Positions 1-11,689 of a DNA stretch of 61,257 nucleotides are shown here, piece after piece; position 1 is the stretch's first letter; each line of letters opens with the position of its first letter. The notes under the pieces are model-generated. The model was not told the origin of the DNA, searched no databases, and saw nothing but the letters and a program-made list of their open reading frames with translations. Position numbers and translations under genes: made by a program. Origin of the DNA: Lama guanicoe (taxonomy: Eukaryota); contig MU053933.1 of NCBI GenBank assembly GCA_013239625.1, positions 3,525,817 to 3,587,073 on the forward strand, written 5' to 3'.

Positions 1-145
1 GAAAGAATTGGCGGATAGACAAGTGCTAATCAAGGAAGAGGAGATTAGACGTCTCGAGGAGATGAACGCCAGCACCGCGAGGAGACTCGTGCAGCTCCAG
101 GAAGACCTGGAGAGACAGAGGAGAACCGTGCAGGACCTGGAGCAG
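1..145 (+). CDS. PCNT: Pericentrin coding exon, partial (5' end outside window); approx. human exon 25
   Basis: Frame from nt 2 reads KELADRQVLIKEEEIRRLEEMNASTARRLVQLQEDLERQRRTVQDLEQ (coiled-coil); donor CAG|GTGAGC at 145/146, phase 0. Confidence 0.88.
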
Positions 146-299
146 GTGAGCACCCCGTTGTGCTCGGGGTGGGGGTCCCAGTGGGGTGTGCAGTTCTGGG
201 GCGCTCCTGGTCCGTTGCTCTGTGGGGCTGAGCTGCAGAGCCCTGGCTCTGACCCCTGTGGGCACTCCTCGCCACACTTACGACACTCGGGGCACCGGA

Positions 300-985
300 G
301 GTGAGGTCCCCCATCCTCAGCGACCCCCCTGGGTGTTCTGCAGCTTCGCTCCGCTCTGACACCGTCTTCCAGGAGGTGGCGTCAGACCCCACAACTTAAG
401 GACTCAGACCCACAGGACTGCCCCTGCCCCCAGATGTCCATCTCAAGTCCAAGTGGTGTAGATCAAAGGGTCCCACAACCTCCTCGGGTCCAACGAATAC
501 GGTAGAGTGGCTCTCAGAACTCAAGACATTTTTCTTACTAGATCAGCGGTTTATTAAAAAGAAGATACAACTGAGGAACAGCCAGATGAAAGAGGTGTGG
601 AAGGCAGGGTGTGGGGAGGGGTGCACCAACCCAGAAGCCCGGGAGCCCGTCCTTTCAGGTTTTTGTGGAGACTTCCTCATGCAGCCATGATTGATTCACC
701 CTTCAGCCCCCTCCCCCCGGAGGTCAGGGGCGAGATGAAAAGTTCTGACCCTTTAATCACATGGTTGGCTCACTTGCCCAGCAGCCCCCATCCTTAGGTG
801 ACCTGGGGTCTCCCTGAACGTCCGCTCAGTACCACAGACTCAGATGTGGCAGGAGGGGCTTGTCACGAGTACTGAGGTGCCTTCATCACCGCCACTGCGC
901 TGGAGACCCCAACGGTGTCAGGATTCCGTGCCAGGAGGTGGATGAAAACCAGTTGTGCGTCTCCTGTCCCATCCCAGCGTCACGC
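300..985 (-). mobile_element. MER21-like solo LTR (ERVL class)
   Basis: gggtcccacaacc...ctctcagaactcaag...gatacaactgaggaacagccagatgaaagag and ccgtgccagga...gaaaaccag resemble recalled MER21 consensus; boundaries approximate. Confidence 0.65.
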
Positions 986-2126
986 TTCGTGTGACAGTAG
1001 CGTGTACCACTTTGCGCCAGTTTTGTAGCGCTCCTCTACCTGACGAGCTTGTCCTTAGTGATAAAACGAATGATCAAGATTTTAGGCTGAAAAGCCTATT
1101 TCGTCAGATATTTTACGTGGAGCCCAGTTGTGATTAGTTCACTGAGCTAGGAGTTTACGTCAGTTCCTCGGTGATAACACCAACAGTGCTCGTTCTTCAC
1201 ATCGGAGCTTGGAACATGCCTCTGCGATGTTCAGACCTTGGCGTCCGAACGTTGGAGGGGAGGCGGGAAGTCTCAGCAAGGGGGGTGGGGGTGGGACGGC
1301 CTTTCTAGTCAGTGCCGCCCCCTCCTTCACGCATGTAGTCCGAGGGTATTGAAGTTTCTTGTATTTCGTGTCACTGGAGGTTTAAAGGTTACTTGGAAGT
1401 CTGAGGCTCAGGGAGAAACCTTATTTTGGAGCCACTGGTTTGGCCCTAAGAAAATCCTGCTTTAAGGACAGGAATTTTTATCGGGGTGTTTGGTTCTCGA
1501 AAATACTGCTGAGACCCATTGATGCAGCCAAGGCCCTCCTTGAGGACTTGCTGTCTGGGAAGGGTGCCCAGCACATCGGCCGCTCTGCCTGCGGGGGGCG
1601 TTCTGGCGGCTTCTTCCCCCAGCAGGCAGCAGTGCGGGTGTGGAAAACGCCTTCGTTTCCTCTTCAAAGCTGGACCACATGTACGAGTTTGGACGCCTGT
1701 TTCTTCCCCGCTTAGTATGTTGTGACCCTTTTATTCCTGTTGAAAGCTCCTTGAAACCTTTTTAAAGGGCTGTTAATATTCACTGTATGGCTGTCTTGTC
1801 AGCCACTGCCTTGTTCCTTGGCAAGTTCTTTCCAGTCTTTTTAAACCACTAACAGTCCTGAGACCATTTTGTACTTTTTGAGTAATTACTGAGGACAGCT
1901 TCTCGCGGCGGAGGCCCGGGTTTGCACTGTGGTCTGTCTGGGGTGCGCCTTCCACCAGGCAGACGTCTGCTCCGGAGTGTGGCTGGGCCTGTGGGTTGTG
2001 GGACTGGTACACGCAGGTGTCTCCAGGCGGGTGGAGGACAGTCTGTGCTTTAATAACAAACAGTGGTTTGAGGCTCTGATTTCCTGAAATGCTTGCCTAA
2101 AAATCAGTCTTTGTTCTCTTAAATAG

Positions 2127-2297
2127 GATAAGGCGGCGTTGCAGGAGCAGCAGATGAGCAACTTGCTTCTGGTGTCCACGCTGCAGTCCAGGCTGGACGA
2201 GGGCAAGTGCCTGGTACCTCCTGCGGGCAGCAGTCTTGAGGGCCCAGAGGTCCGGCTAGAGGCGCTGCAGAGGGTGCTGCTGGAGCGTGAGGACGAG
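2127..2297 (+). CDS. PCNT: Pericentrin coding exon (171 nt)
   Basis: Acceptor ttgttctcttaaatag|GAT; DKAALQEQQMSNLLLVSTLQSRLDEG...LLEREDE resembles recalled PCNT; weak donor GAG|GTCCGT; phase 0-0. Confidence 0.88.
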
Positions 2298-2523
2298 GTC
2301 CGTGTGGGCAGCCTCCTCTGCTCAGCGTCTGCACGTCTGTGTCCGTGAGAACAGTTTGTGCTTTGTGATGACTGTTTGTCTCTGTGATAAGCACATTTCT
2401 GTGTGGATTGTGGGGAATTGATGGCTTTCTCTGGTGTGTACTTTTAAATCTTTCAAAGTGAATTTAATAATTATTAAGTCAGAATATTAGGTGATTTTTC
2501 ATGCTTACCTTCTCTAATGCAAG

Positions 2524-2676
2524 GTTCTGGACTTAAAAGAACAATTAGAAAAAATTAAACATGACTTAGTGAGCAGAAACGAAGAAGTACTCCACCTGGG
2601 CTGGAAGCCGGATGTGCAGGACAGCAGTGCCGCCACGCGCATCAGAGAACTTCAGGAAGAGAATGCCGGTCTGAAG
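2524..2676 (+). CDS. PCNT: Pericentrin coding exon (153 nt)
   Basis: Acceptor ctctaatgcaag|GTT; VLDLKEQLEKIKHDLVSRNEEVLHL...RELQEENAGLK; donor AAG|GTGAGC; phase 0-0. Confidence 0.92.
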
Positions 2677-3745
2677 GTGAGCTGGGAGACCGCAGACACC
2701 TACGTTCAGTCGGTTTTGTGAGTGCCAGGCGTCAGTCACAGGGTCAGACCTCGGGCCTCCCGGACACACGGGACCTTCTTTCTGAAGACAGAGGGACGTG
2801 GTGCTGGCAGGTGACTCAGCAGGTGCATGACTTCTGCGCCAGGCTGGGGCTCACAGCAGCTCTGGAATGTGTGTGGTGGAAGCAGCTTCCCAGCACTGTC
2901 AGTGGAAAAGCAGCATCACTGGGCCTGGCAGAGCCCTGCTGCCCCCTGCGCCAGGCCTCGCCCCCACCTGCAGCACTGCTGATCGGGCCTTTGGGGGATG
3001 CTTGTTGGAGCAGAGCTGCAGGAGAGGGAGGCGCTTCCCTAATGACGGACACTGTAAGGAGGGAATAATGGTCACTCTGAAACCATGGTGTTGCTCTGGG
3101 CCTCTACGGGGGCGCCACGTTCTAGAAGAGGCGTGCTCTGGGTTCCTGGTCACTCCCTGTCAGCAGCGGGAGAAAAATCGGTTTTAAAGTCTTCTCTGTT
3201 GCCTTAATGTAATTGTGCTTTTGAGGCAGAAATGAAAAACAGGCTCTGTATAGTGCGGAAGGTAATCAGACCTGGACGAGCTGCCGGTGGGTGCAGCCTG
3301 GCGGTGGTTTGGTGAGCGGGAACTGACCACCTCCAGGGAAGCTGGGGGTCATGCCGCCTGCGCCCATTCCTCACAAGGTTGCATCTGCATGGTTTTAAAA
3401 TATCTTCAGTGAAAACAGGGTTTTAGGCCATCCCTAGTCCCTGGATATCCTTCTGGTTTGGAGCTCGACCATAGTTAATAGGTGAGCACACTTTGCTTGC
3501 TCTTTGGTGCTTGCTTTGAAACAAGATTGCCTGGAAAAATGCAGTAATTGAATTTAAAAGCTGAACTAATATGTCATTTTAGGCAGGAAGTACTTTAATA
3601 GAAAAACATTTTCAAACTGAGTGTTTGTATTTAGAACTGCAGGCTTGTTTGATTAGGATATTTGGCATCTGCAGGGTCAGGACTATTTCCCATAGTAATG
3701 CTTTGTTGGCATTATTGTTATGTTTTATTGTTATTATTTCCACAG

Positions 3746-3838
3746 GCATTTCTGCAAAACAAGGAGAGGGAGATGACGTGTGTGAGCGAGCAAAGCGAGC
3801 AGCAGCTTGCGGGGACGGGCTGTGGCGCCCTCAGCGAG
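3746..3838 (+). CDS. PCNT: Probable extra or cassette pericentrin exon (93 nt)
   Basis: Strong acceptor ttattatttccacag|GCA; open frame AFLQNKEREMTCVSEQSEQQLAGTGCGALSE; donor GAG|GTGGGC; symmetric phase 0-0. Confidence 0.65.
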
Positions 3839-4286
3839 GTGGGCCTTGCCTGGCGCTGCGCGGGACCGCAGTCTGATCTGATGTCTTAGGCATGACGTTC
3901 TCAGTAGTTCGTAAGGTGTTTGGGGGTCAGCGGGGGCGCCTGTGTCCTTACACGAGGTCACAGTGGTTTGTCATTAATGCTGGAGGAGGTGTGAGGATGG
4001 TGGGGCCGTCGGGGACAAGGAGTCTGTCTGCAGTTCCTCACGACCCCAAGTGTCGCCGTGACAGAGGCTGTGGGGAAGTTAGGGTCTGTGTTGGTACCTT
4101 ATCTATTTGGCAAAATTTTAAAATACACTTTTGTGTTACTTAGAGGAATGCCTTTAAAACAGGAGGTTATATCTGCTTCTTGTCCACAGTGCTCTAGAAC
4201 TGGCCATGCGAATGCTCAAGTATTGTAAATATTGAAAATAGTTTATGAGGAAAATATTTTAGTTCTATTAGGAATATAAAGCGTTA

Positions 4287-4416
4287 GGGGGTGGGTATAT
4301 AGCTCATGTGGTAGAGCGCATGCTTAGCATGTGCGGGGTCCTGGGTTCAGTGCCTCCATTAAAATAAATGATACTAAATAAATAAACCTAATTAACCCCC
4401 CCCAAAAATTAAAGAA
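4287..4416 (+). mobile_element. tRNA-derived SINE, camelid Vic-1-like
   Basis: A-box-like tagctcatgtggtagagcg, B-box-like gggttcagtgcc, tail aaataaataaacctaattaaccccccc; degenerate TSD 4272-4286 / 4417-4431 (12 of 15 identical). Confidence 0.8.
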
Positions 4417-4919
4417 GAGTAGAAAGCTTTATAAAGATAATCTCAAATACTTTCTTTGAGGTTTTTGTTTATTTCTAAACATGTCAATCTGTACGTGCTT
4501 TGTTTTCTGTAATTCTATTTGTAATTTTTTGTGAAAGTATTGATGATGTCTTTGCTTTGATACAATAAATCGAAATTCCATTTGTAGGACTAACTTCTGT
4601 TAGGCTTCTGACTCTTCGAAGGAGACCGCGTTTTGTTGCATTTTCTGCCCTTATTTTCTGTCAGTGAAGACTCTCATCTTGTAGACTCATGGTGTCTGCA
4701 GGTTTGTGGGAAACTGAACACTCCTGCCCCCCCACCCCCCGCTGCTCAGACCTCTTCTGACGTGTGTGTTCTTTCTTTTCTGTGGTTGCTTCTCCAGCAG
4801 CTGCTGGACGAGCTGGCCCCTTACTCTCAACACGCGGTGTCCCTTCCTTCATTGTTTATTCTAGTACCTGGTTGGTGGTGTTTCTTTCATTTTCGTTTAC
4901 CTTCCCTCTTACTCTAGTT

Positions 4920-7005
4920 TTCAAGGACGAGGTCTTGAACCTCGTTTATTGGATGCACTCCTGAGTATTTTTGGCTTGTTGCACTATTGTAAACAGACTT
5001 AAACTTCTTTCATTATCTAGCTGTTTGCTGTGAGCACACATACACACATGCATGTGTGTCGTTTCTGCGTGTTAACCTTGTACCCTGTTACCTTGCTGAA
5101 CTCACGCGCACTGGTAGTGTTGGGACAGACTTCTGGGGCTTTCTCTGCAGAGGACACACTGCCTGCAAGTAAAGCCCGCCCTGTCGCTTCCAGTCTTTGT
5201 CTTCTCTTCCGTTTTGGTGCTTGTTGCAGGGCTGGCACTTGCAGCGCGGGGTTAAGCACAACCGCTGAAGGCGGCCGTCCTGGCCTCACCCCCTCGCTGT
5301 CCCACCGTGGGGCGGGTGTCAGCTGCCGATCTCCTTGCGGTCCTTCCTCAGGTTGAGGCGGCTCCCTTTTGTTTCTGCTTCCGTCCTCCGACTCTTTGGA
5401 AGTGGTTGTGTTCTTGTTCTCGTTGTCTAACAGGGTGCGTCACACTGGGTGGTTGGGGAGGTTCAGCCAGCCTCGCGTGGGGCAAGCCCTGCTGGGTGCC
5501 GACCGGCGGCTCTCAGTGCTTCGCTGGGGCTGAGCTGCTGATGTTTTTAGTGGATTTCACGTCTGTGTTCATGAGGGATTCCAGTCTGTATTTGTTTTTG
5601 GTGATATTTTATCAGATTTTGGTATGAAGACTTTGCTGGGCTTGTGAACTGAAATTCTCCTACTTTCTCCATTTTCTGACAGAGGTTATTTAAATGGATG
5701 CGATTTTGTCCCTTACATGTTCTGATAGAATGCACACGAAACCATCTGGCCCTGGAGGCTCCTTAGTGGGGACGTTTTGGTGATGAACTCGGTTTCTTTC
5801 TTAGGTATGTGGGTGTTGAGACTTTCTGTTTCAGCTTGTGCTGGTTTTGATAAGTTGCGTTTTTCAAGGAGTTTGTCCATTTCATCCAGATTGTCAAATT
5901 TCTTGGCATGAAGGAATTTGTAATCTTTCCTGTTAACTATTAATCGTATTAACCATTTCCTGTTAAGTCACTGAATACCTGTAAGTTTGGCATCGATGAC
6001 CCTTTTTTCATTCTTACTGGTGAATTTGTGTTTTCTCTTTTTCTGACATCTTCCTATTCTCAGGGTTTATTAATTTTATTGCTGTTTAAAAGAACCAATT
6101 TTTGGCTTTACTAGTTTTGTCAATTTTTTTCCTATTTCTTTGATTTCTCTCATTTCTGTTATTGGATTCCGTCTATGTACCTTGGATTTATTTTGCTATT
6201 CTTTTTCTAGCTTCTTTAGGTGAAACCTTCAGTCGTTAATTTTAGACAGATCTTATTTTTAATATAATCATTTCTTATTGATAAATATTTCAAAGTATTT
6301 AAAAAATCCACAACACAGTAAAATTCCCTTTTCGGGGTACAGTTCCATGCGTTTTGAAAACTGCGTTTCGTTCTGTAAGCACCACTGCAACCAAGACAGC
6401 GCCTTACTGAGTCCCTCACCCAGGAGGCCTGAGCCCTGTGCTGCCCCTTGTGGCCACCGTTCCCCCACCCCCTCCCGCAGCCTCCGATCTGTCTCCCAGC
6501 CCTGCGGCTTTTGCCTTTGCAGGATGCTGTCAGTCACTTAGCACAATGTGTTTGCAGTTCATCCACTAATTCTTTTAATACTTTAATCCGTGGTTTGTGT
6601 ATCCATTCACTCACTGAGGTGTGTTTGGGTTGTTTCTAGGTTCTGACTGAAAGTTATGAGTTGAGCTGCTGTAAACATTCATGTGTAGGTTTTTGTGTGA
6701 AAATAAGTTTTCAGTTCTTTAGGGTAAATACCTGTGAATAGAACAGCTGATTCACGTGGAAGTGTGTGTTTAACCTCAAGAGAAACTGCCTGACTCTGGT
6801 CCCATTGCTCTGCCATCTTACGCCCCCAGGAGCAGTGTGCGAGGACTGCACCGTCCTCGCCAGCACTTGGCGTGGCCAGTCTTCTTCACTGTGGCCGTTC
6901 CCATGGGTGTGTGGTGGGTGTCCTTGGAGTTTTTCTTTGCAGTTCCTTAATGACACCTTACTACGTGCTTGTTTGCCATCCATATGGTGGTGAAATGTTT
7001 GCAAT
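4920..7005 (-). mobile_element. Old L1 fragments (ORF2 and 3' end), antisense to PCNT
   Basis: T-rich L1-like tracts, e.g. aaaccatctggccctgg, tttgtccatttcatccagattgtcaaattt, gctgctgtaaacattcatgtgtaggtttttgtgtg. Confidence 0.7.
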
Positions 7006-7009
7006 TTAA

Positions 7010-7905
7010 AAAAATTTTTTTATTGAAGTCTAGTCAATTTGTTGTACTGTGTTAATTTCAGGTATACAACATAGTGATTCAGTATTTTTATAGATTCTAC
7101 TCCATTCAAAGTTATTACAAAATAATGGTTATATCTCCCTGGGTTGTACACGTATCTTTTTTGCTTAGTTATTTTATACGTAGTAGTTCATGTCTCTTAA
7201 TCCTCCACCTCGTCATGCCCCTCCCCCTTCCCTCTCCCCACTGATAATCACTAGTTTGTTCTCTACATCTGTGAGTCTGTTTTTGTTTTGTTATATTTAT
7301 TCATTTGTTTTGTTTTTAGATTCAACATGTAAGTGATAACAGTATTGTCTTTATTTGACTTACTTTTCTAAGTGTGATACTCCCTGGATCCATCAATGTT
7401 GTTGCAAATGGCAGAGTTTCATTCTTTTTAATGGCTGAATAATATTCCTGTGTGTGTGTGTGTGTGTATGTGTGTGTACACCACATTTTTATCCATTCAT
7501 CTGTTGGTGGGCACTTAGGTTGCTTCTATATCTTGGCAATTATAAATAATACTGCTATGAACATTGGGGTACATGTATCTTTTTGTATTAGTGTTTTTAT
7601 TTTTTTCAGACATATACCCAGAAATAGAATTACTCGATCATATGGTAGTTCTATTTTTAGTTTTTTGAGGAACCTCCTTACTGTTTTCTGCAGTGACAGC
7701 ACCAACTTCCATTCCCACCAACAGTGTAGGAGGGTTCCCTTTTCTCCGCATCCTCGCCAACGTTTCTATTCTGTGTTCTTTTTGATGATATTCATTCTGA
7801 CAGATGTGAGGTGGTATCTTATTGTGGTTTTGATCTACGTTTCCCTGATGATCAGTGATGTTGAGCATCTTTTCATGTGCCTGTTGGTCGTCTGTGTGGC
7901 CCCTT
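7010..7905 (-). mobile_element. Younger L1 3' end nested among older L1 pieces; includes (TG)n at ~7449-7477
   Basis: Poly-T start, then well-preserved L1 3'UTR and ORF2 C-terminus (ccaacttccattcccaccaacagtgtaggagggttcccttttctcc). Confidence 0.85.
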
Positions 7906-8370
7906 TGAATCTGTAGCTTGATCTGGAGAGAACTGACGTTTTAACAATGTTGAGTCTTCTAATCCATGAACATGGTATGACTATTTGTCTTCTTGCAGTT
8001 CTTTCATTGATGTTGTATAATTTTCAATTCACATGTCCTGCATGTATTTTGTTAGATTTATGTCTAGGTACTTAATTTTTTGTGTGGTGCTATCTTAAAT
8101 GATATGTTCATTTAATTTTAAAAAATGCTATATTTTGTTAAATTTGAAATTCTAATATGGTTGATTACATTGATGGATTGTCGAATACTGAACCAGTCCT
8201 GAATCCCTGGAGTAAGCTCCCCTCGGTCATGGTGTATAGTTCTTTTTATATTTGCTGAATTCTATTTACTGGTATTTTAAGAATTTATGCATCTGTATGC
8301 ATCATGGATATTGGCCTGTACTTTTCTTGTGATGTCTGTCTGGTTTTGGTATCAGGGTAAAATTGGCCTG
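7906..8370 (-). mobile_element. Old L1 ORF2 fragment
   Basis: gaactgacgttttaacaatgttgagtcttctaatccatgaacatgg and tggttttggtatcagggtaa are typical antisense L1 ORF2 motifs. Confidence 0.75.
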
Positions 8371-8489
8371 CTTTAGGAAGCAAAACAGTATTGTGACAAT
8401 TTGGCTGAAAATTGTTAACTAGAACGTAGATTGGTTAGAACTTTCTTATTTTTTGGTCACTACAATGATGTAATCTTAACAGAATGGAG

Positions 8490-8680
8490 TTTGGAGCCGT
8501 ATGGACACAGGTTTCTGTCCTGATTTTCCATTTACTGTCTTTGCAGTCTTGGCAAGATTCTTCATACCTAAGTTTCAGTTGTCCCATCTTTAAAGTAGGA
8601 ACAGTAACATTTCTTACCTTAAAACTGCTGAGAATGAGATAGCACAGGCAGAAGCACCCTTCAGCACCTGGCGTGCCAAG
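8490..8680 (+). mobile_element. MIR SINE
   Basis: Core gtcttggcaagattcttcatacctaagtttcagttgtcccatctttaaagtagg...gctgagaatgagat. Confidence 0.7.
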
Positions 8681-9239
8681 TCCCCTGTCCCCGCTGCACA
8701 CAGTGTGAAAAGCATGCTGTGTGCTCTGGCTCGTTCACACCCCGAACCAATGCAAATCCCCCACCCCGACTTCTCGCTTTTATTCTTATTCTCCTGTTAA
8801 AATGACACCTACAATCTAAATGCCCCCTTTAGGAAAATCAAACACGTCAAAGTTGTTGACATGCTAACAAAATACATTTAAAAGGTGACTGAGATGGGGC
8901 CAAGTTAGAGCGTCCCCTGAGCCTGGGCAGCGCGTTGGGTGAGGCCTGGAAGCAGCAGGACGTGGCCGGAATCGAAGCGTTTGAACAGGCGGCAGGGCAG
9001 CAATGGCACGTGTGGCTTTTTGACCATTTTGCTCCACCTGAAGTAACTGGATGTTTGGGTGGTTTTCAGACATTCATGTTGTTTGGTGGCATTGTTAGCC
9101 AGCTTCCACAGCTGTTTGGTTGTTTAAGCTGTGGAGCCCCTCCGCTTCTGTGGGAGTGAGTTCAGGCTGAACTGCAAGGTGAAAGGGGAAATTCTGAAGT
9201 TGGCCATTTAATTTCCTCTGAAATGTGCTTTTTCTTCAG

Positions 9240-10100
9240 GTCATGTGTAACAGGGGTTCTGAAATTGAGGAGCTGAAATCCATTATTGAGAATCTGCGGG
9301 AGAACCAGGAGCGGCTACAGAAGGATAGAGCGGAGGAGGTGGACCAGCTCCACGAGGTCATCGAGAAGCTGCAGCGGGAGCTGTCCGTCGCGGGGCCGGC
9401 GCTGCACGAGGTCAGCGGTGGTGACAGTGGCGGGGCGGGCAGCCTGAAAAACGAGCTGCTGGGCCTGCAGGCGGAGGGAGCCGCGGCCCGCGAGGTGCTG
9501 GAGGGCGAGCTGCACACCGCCCTGGAGGCCAAGGAAGCCCTGGGCCGGCTGCTGAGCGAGCAGGAGCGCCTGCACGGCCAGGCCCTAGAGGCCCTGCAGG
9601 GGCGCCTGCGGGATGCGGAGGAGGCTGCCGCGCGGAGGCTGGCCCAGCTGGAGCAGAGTGCAGCCCTCAGGGAGGCTGAGGTCCAGGGCCTGGCCGCCCA
9701 GATCCAGGAGTTTGAAGCTGCCCTGAAAGCCAAGGACGCGAAGATTGCAGAAAGAGACCTAGAAATTGAGGCCGTGAACAAAGAGAGGCGGGCCCACTCC
9801 TCTGAGCTGGAGGCCCTCCTGTCGGCTGTGGCCCGCTTCCGCCATGCCTTGGAGCAGCAGCCCCTGGCTGCCGCTGAGGAGCCCCCCGAGCTGCAGCGGC
9901 TCCGAGCACAGTGTCGCCGCCTCAGCCGCCAGCTGGAGGCGCTCCACCAGCGGTTTGTGAGGTGCCAGAAGGAGCTGGACAGGGAGCAGGTGTGCGGGGC
10001 CCACCCACCCCCTTGTATGGACGACAGCGCCCAGTGCCGGGCGCCATGTGATGAAGGGCTGGAGCAGGAGGCTCCCCACGGCCATGGCGGTGACCCACAG
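9240..10100 (+). CDS. PCNT: Large pericentrin coiled-coil exon (861 nt; approx. human exon 28)
   Basis: Acceptor tttttcttcag|GTC; VMCNRGSEIEELKSIIENLRENQERLQK...GHGGDPQ; donor CAG|GTGGGT; phase 0-0. Confidence 0.95.
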
Positions 10101-10492
10101 GTGGGTCCTTCCTCCTTGGGCTACAGCTGTGCAGCCTCTGTGTGCAGGGAGCTGGGTGAGGTGGGGATATGGGGGTGCATGTGGGAGCTGGGGGTGCAGG
10201 CAGGGGAGCTGGAGTGTAGGAGGGGGACTGGGGTGCAGGCAGGAGCTGGAGGAGCTGCAGTGTGCTTGATGTCTACGGGAGGCCGTGCCTTGTGGGGCTG
10301 CCCCAGCCTCCAGCACGTCGTGGCCTGTTGTGGGCATGTGCTCCTCTGGTCTCCTGCCCCACTTGTGTGATGTGGGTCACGAGCTGTGGACTTTCCCTGG
10401 GAGCCTTGCTGGCGGGTGAGCCGGCTCCGGAGCTCCCAGAGTCTGAGGCTGCGTGTTCACAGCATCATCGTGGTTTTTTCTGCACATTGCAG

Positions 10493-10684
10493 AGCCCAGC
10501 TTCGGCGGACTTGCAGCCTGCCAAAGCCCTGGTGATGCTGAACCGTGCAGGCCTTTGCAAGCAAGATGACGTGATGTCCGTGCTCACGGTCTGCCAGAGG
10601 CTCCTGGAGTCCGAGCTGCTTCTGGTGAAGAAGGAAATGTGCTCGCGCGTGGAGGACCATGGCCACGTGTCCGGAACGGTGAAG
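10493..10684 (+). CDS. PCNT: Pericentrin coding exon (192 nt)
   Basis: Acceptor ttttttctgcacattgcag|AGC; contains LCKQDDVMSVLTVCQRLLESELLLVKKEM; donor AAG|GTGCCT; phase 0-0. Confidence 0.85.
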
Positions 10685-11689
10685 GTGCCTGGCCGTGTTC
10701 AGCGGGTGGGGGCCCAGAGCACGGGGGCTGGTTATGGGCAGAGAACTCCTTGGTGTCACGCACATGGGCTACAGACAGTGACGCCCTCCCCCAGTCTGCC
10801 ACTCGTTGTTCAGATCCGTTTTGAAATTTCCCACGTTTGATTCACCCTCACGTTTCTCGTGGTCTAATCATCTTGTAAAAAATGAGCAGGTATTTTTCCC
10901 TCGTGGTTGATACAGGTGGGGGTCTGACTGGGCCAGGGCTTGTGTCTTGGAGTTTTCCCACGAGGACGAGTGGCCCGCAGCCTTTATTGGCAGCGTCGGC
11001 TTCACCTGAAGGCGTCACGTTTATCCTCTGACCCTCCAGGGTTTTCCCTTCATCTTTTCGCTCTTCCTCCTGGCCAGGCAGAGCAGCGCAGTCTTCAACT
11101 CAGCAGGTTTAAAATTCTGGTCACCAGGACAGAAGCTACAAGAAAGCCGACTTTTCTGTCCCAGGTGGGGAGGCTGCAGTCAGCAGCATCGGACTGTCAC
11201 AGAGCTGAGATGCTCTGAGACCTGACAGGTGCTCGGGTGAGAGCCCGTCACCTGCTGTGTGCACGCTGCGCACTGTGCTCGGGTTCCAGCCTGAGTCCCC
11301 GGGACCCCCTGCGCTGTGCCACAGGCCCCATGTTGGGGATTGGGAGACTGGGGGATTCCGAATCCTGCAGTTTCCTAGAGGACACCTGAATCTGGTTTTG
11401 TGCGTTTATCGGGCCCCTTCAGAAGATATATTCTGTGTGGAGAGAACCTGTTCCCTGACTTCGTGGCAAACTTGTCTCAGTGCCCTGTGGCAGGAACATC
11501 TATTTGGACTCTTAAGGGAAAGCTTAGCCCTGGATCCCAAGAGCTGGTCGCCAAATCCTCAGAAGTCATACACTGACAAGGAAATTCCAAATTCATTTCA
11601 TAAATCACAGTTTTGTTTTTTCCAGTGTTTGCATATAGAACCTTCCAGGCTTTGTTTCCTGAAAAAGTAGGTTTTGACGTGTGTGTGTG

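Noticed and set aside
4287..4360. Possible tRNA gene
   Set aside because: No complete cloverleaf; it has a SINE tail and TSD
9236..10337. Long minus-strand ORFs over the 861-nt exon (similar ones at 26755-27642 and 25343-26121)
   Set aside because: Antisense shadows of GC-rich coiled-coil codons; no independent splice or promoter evidence
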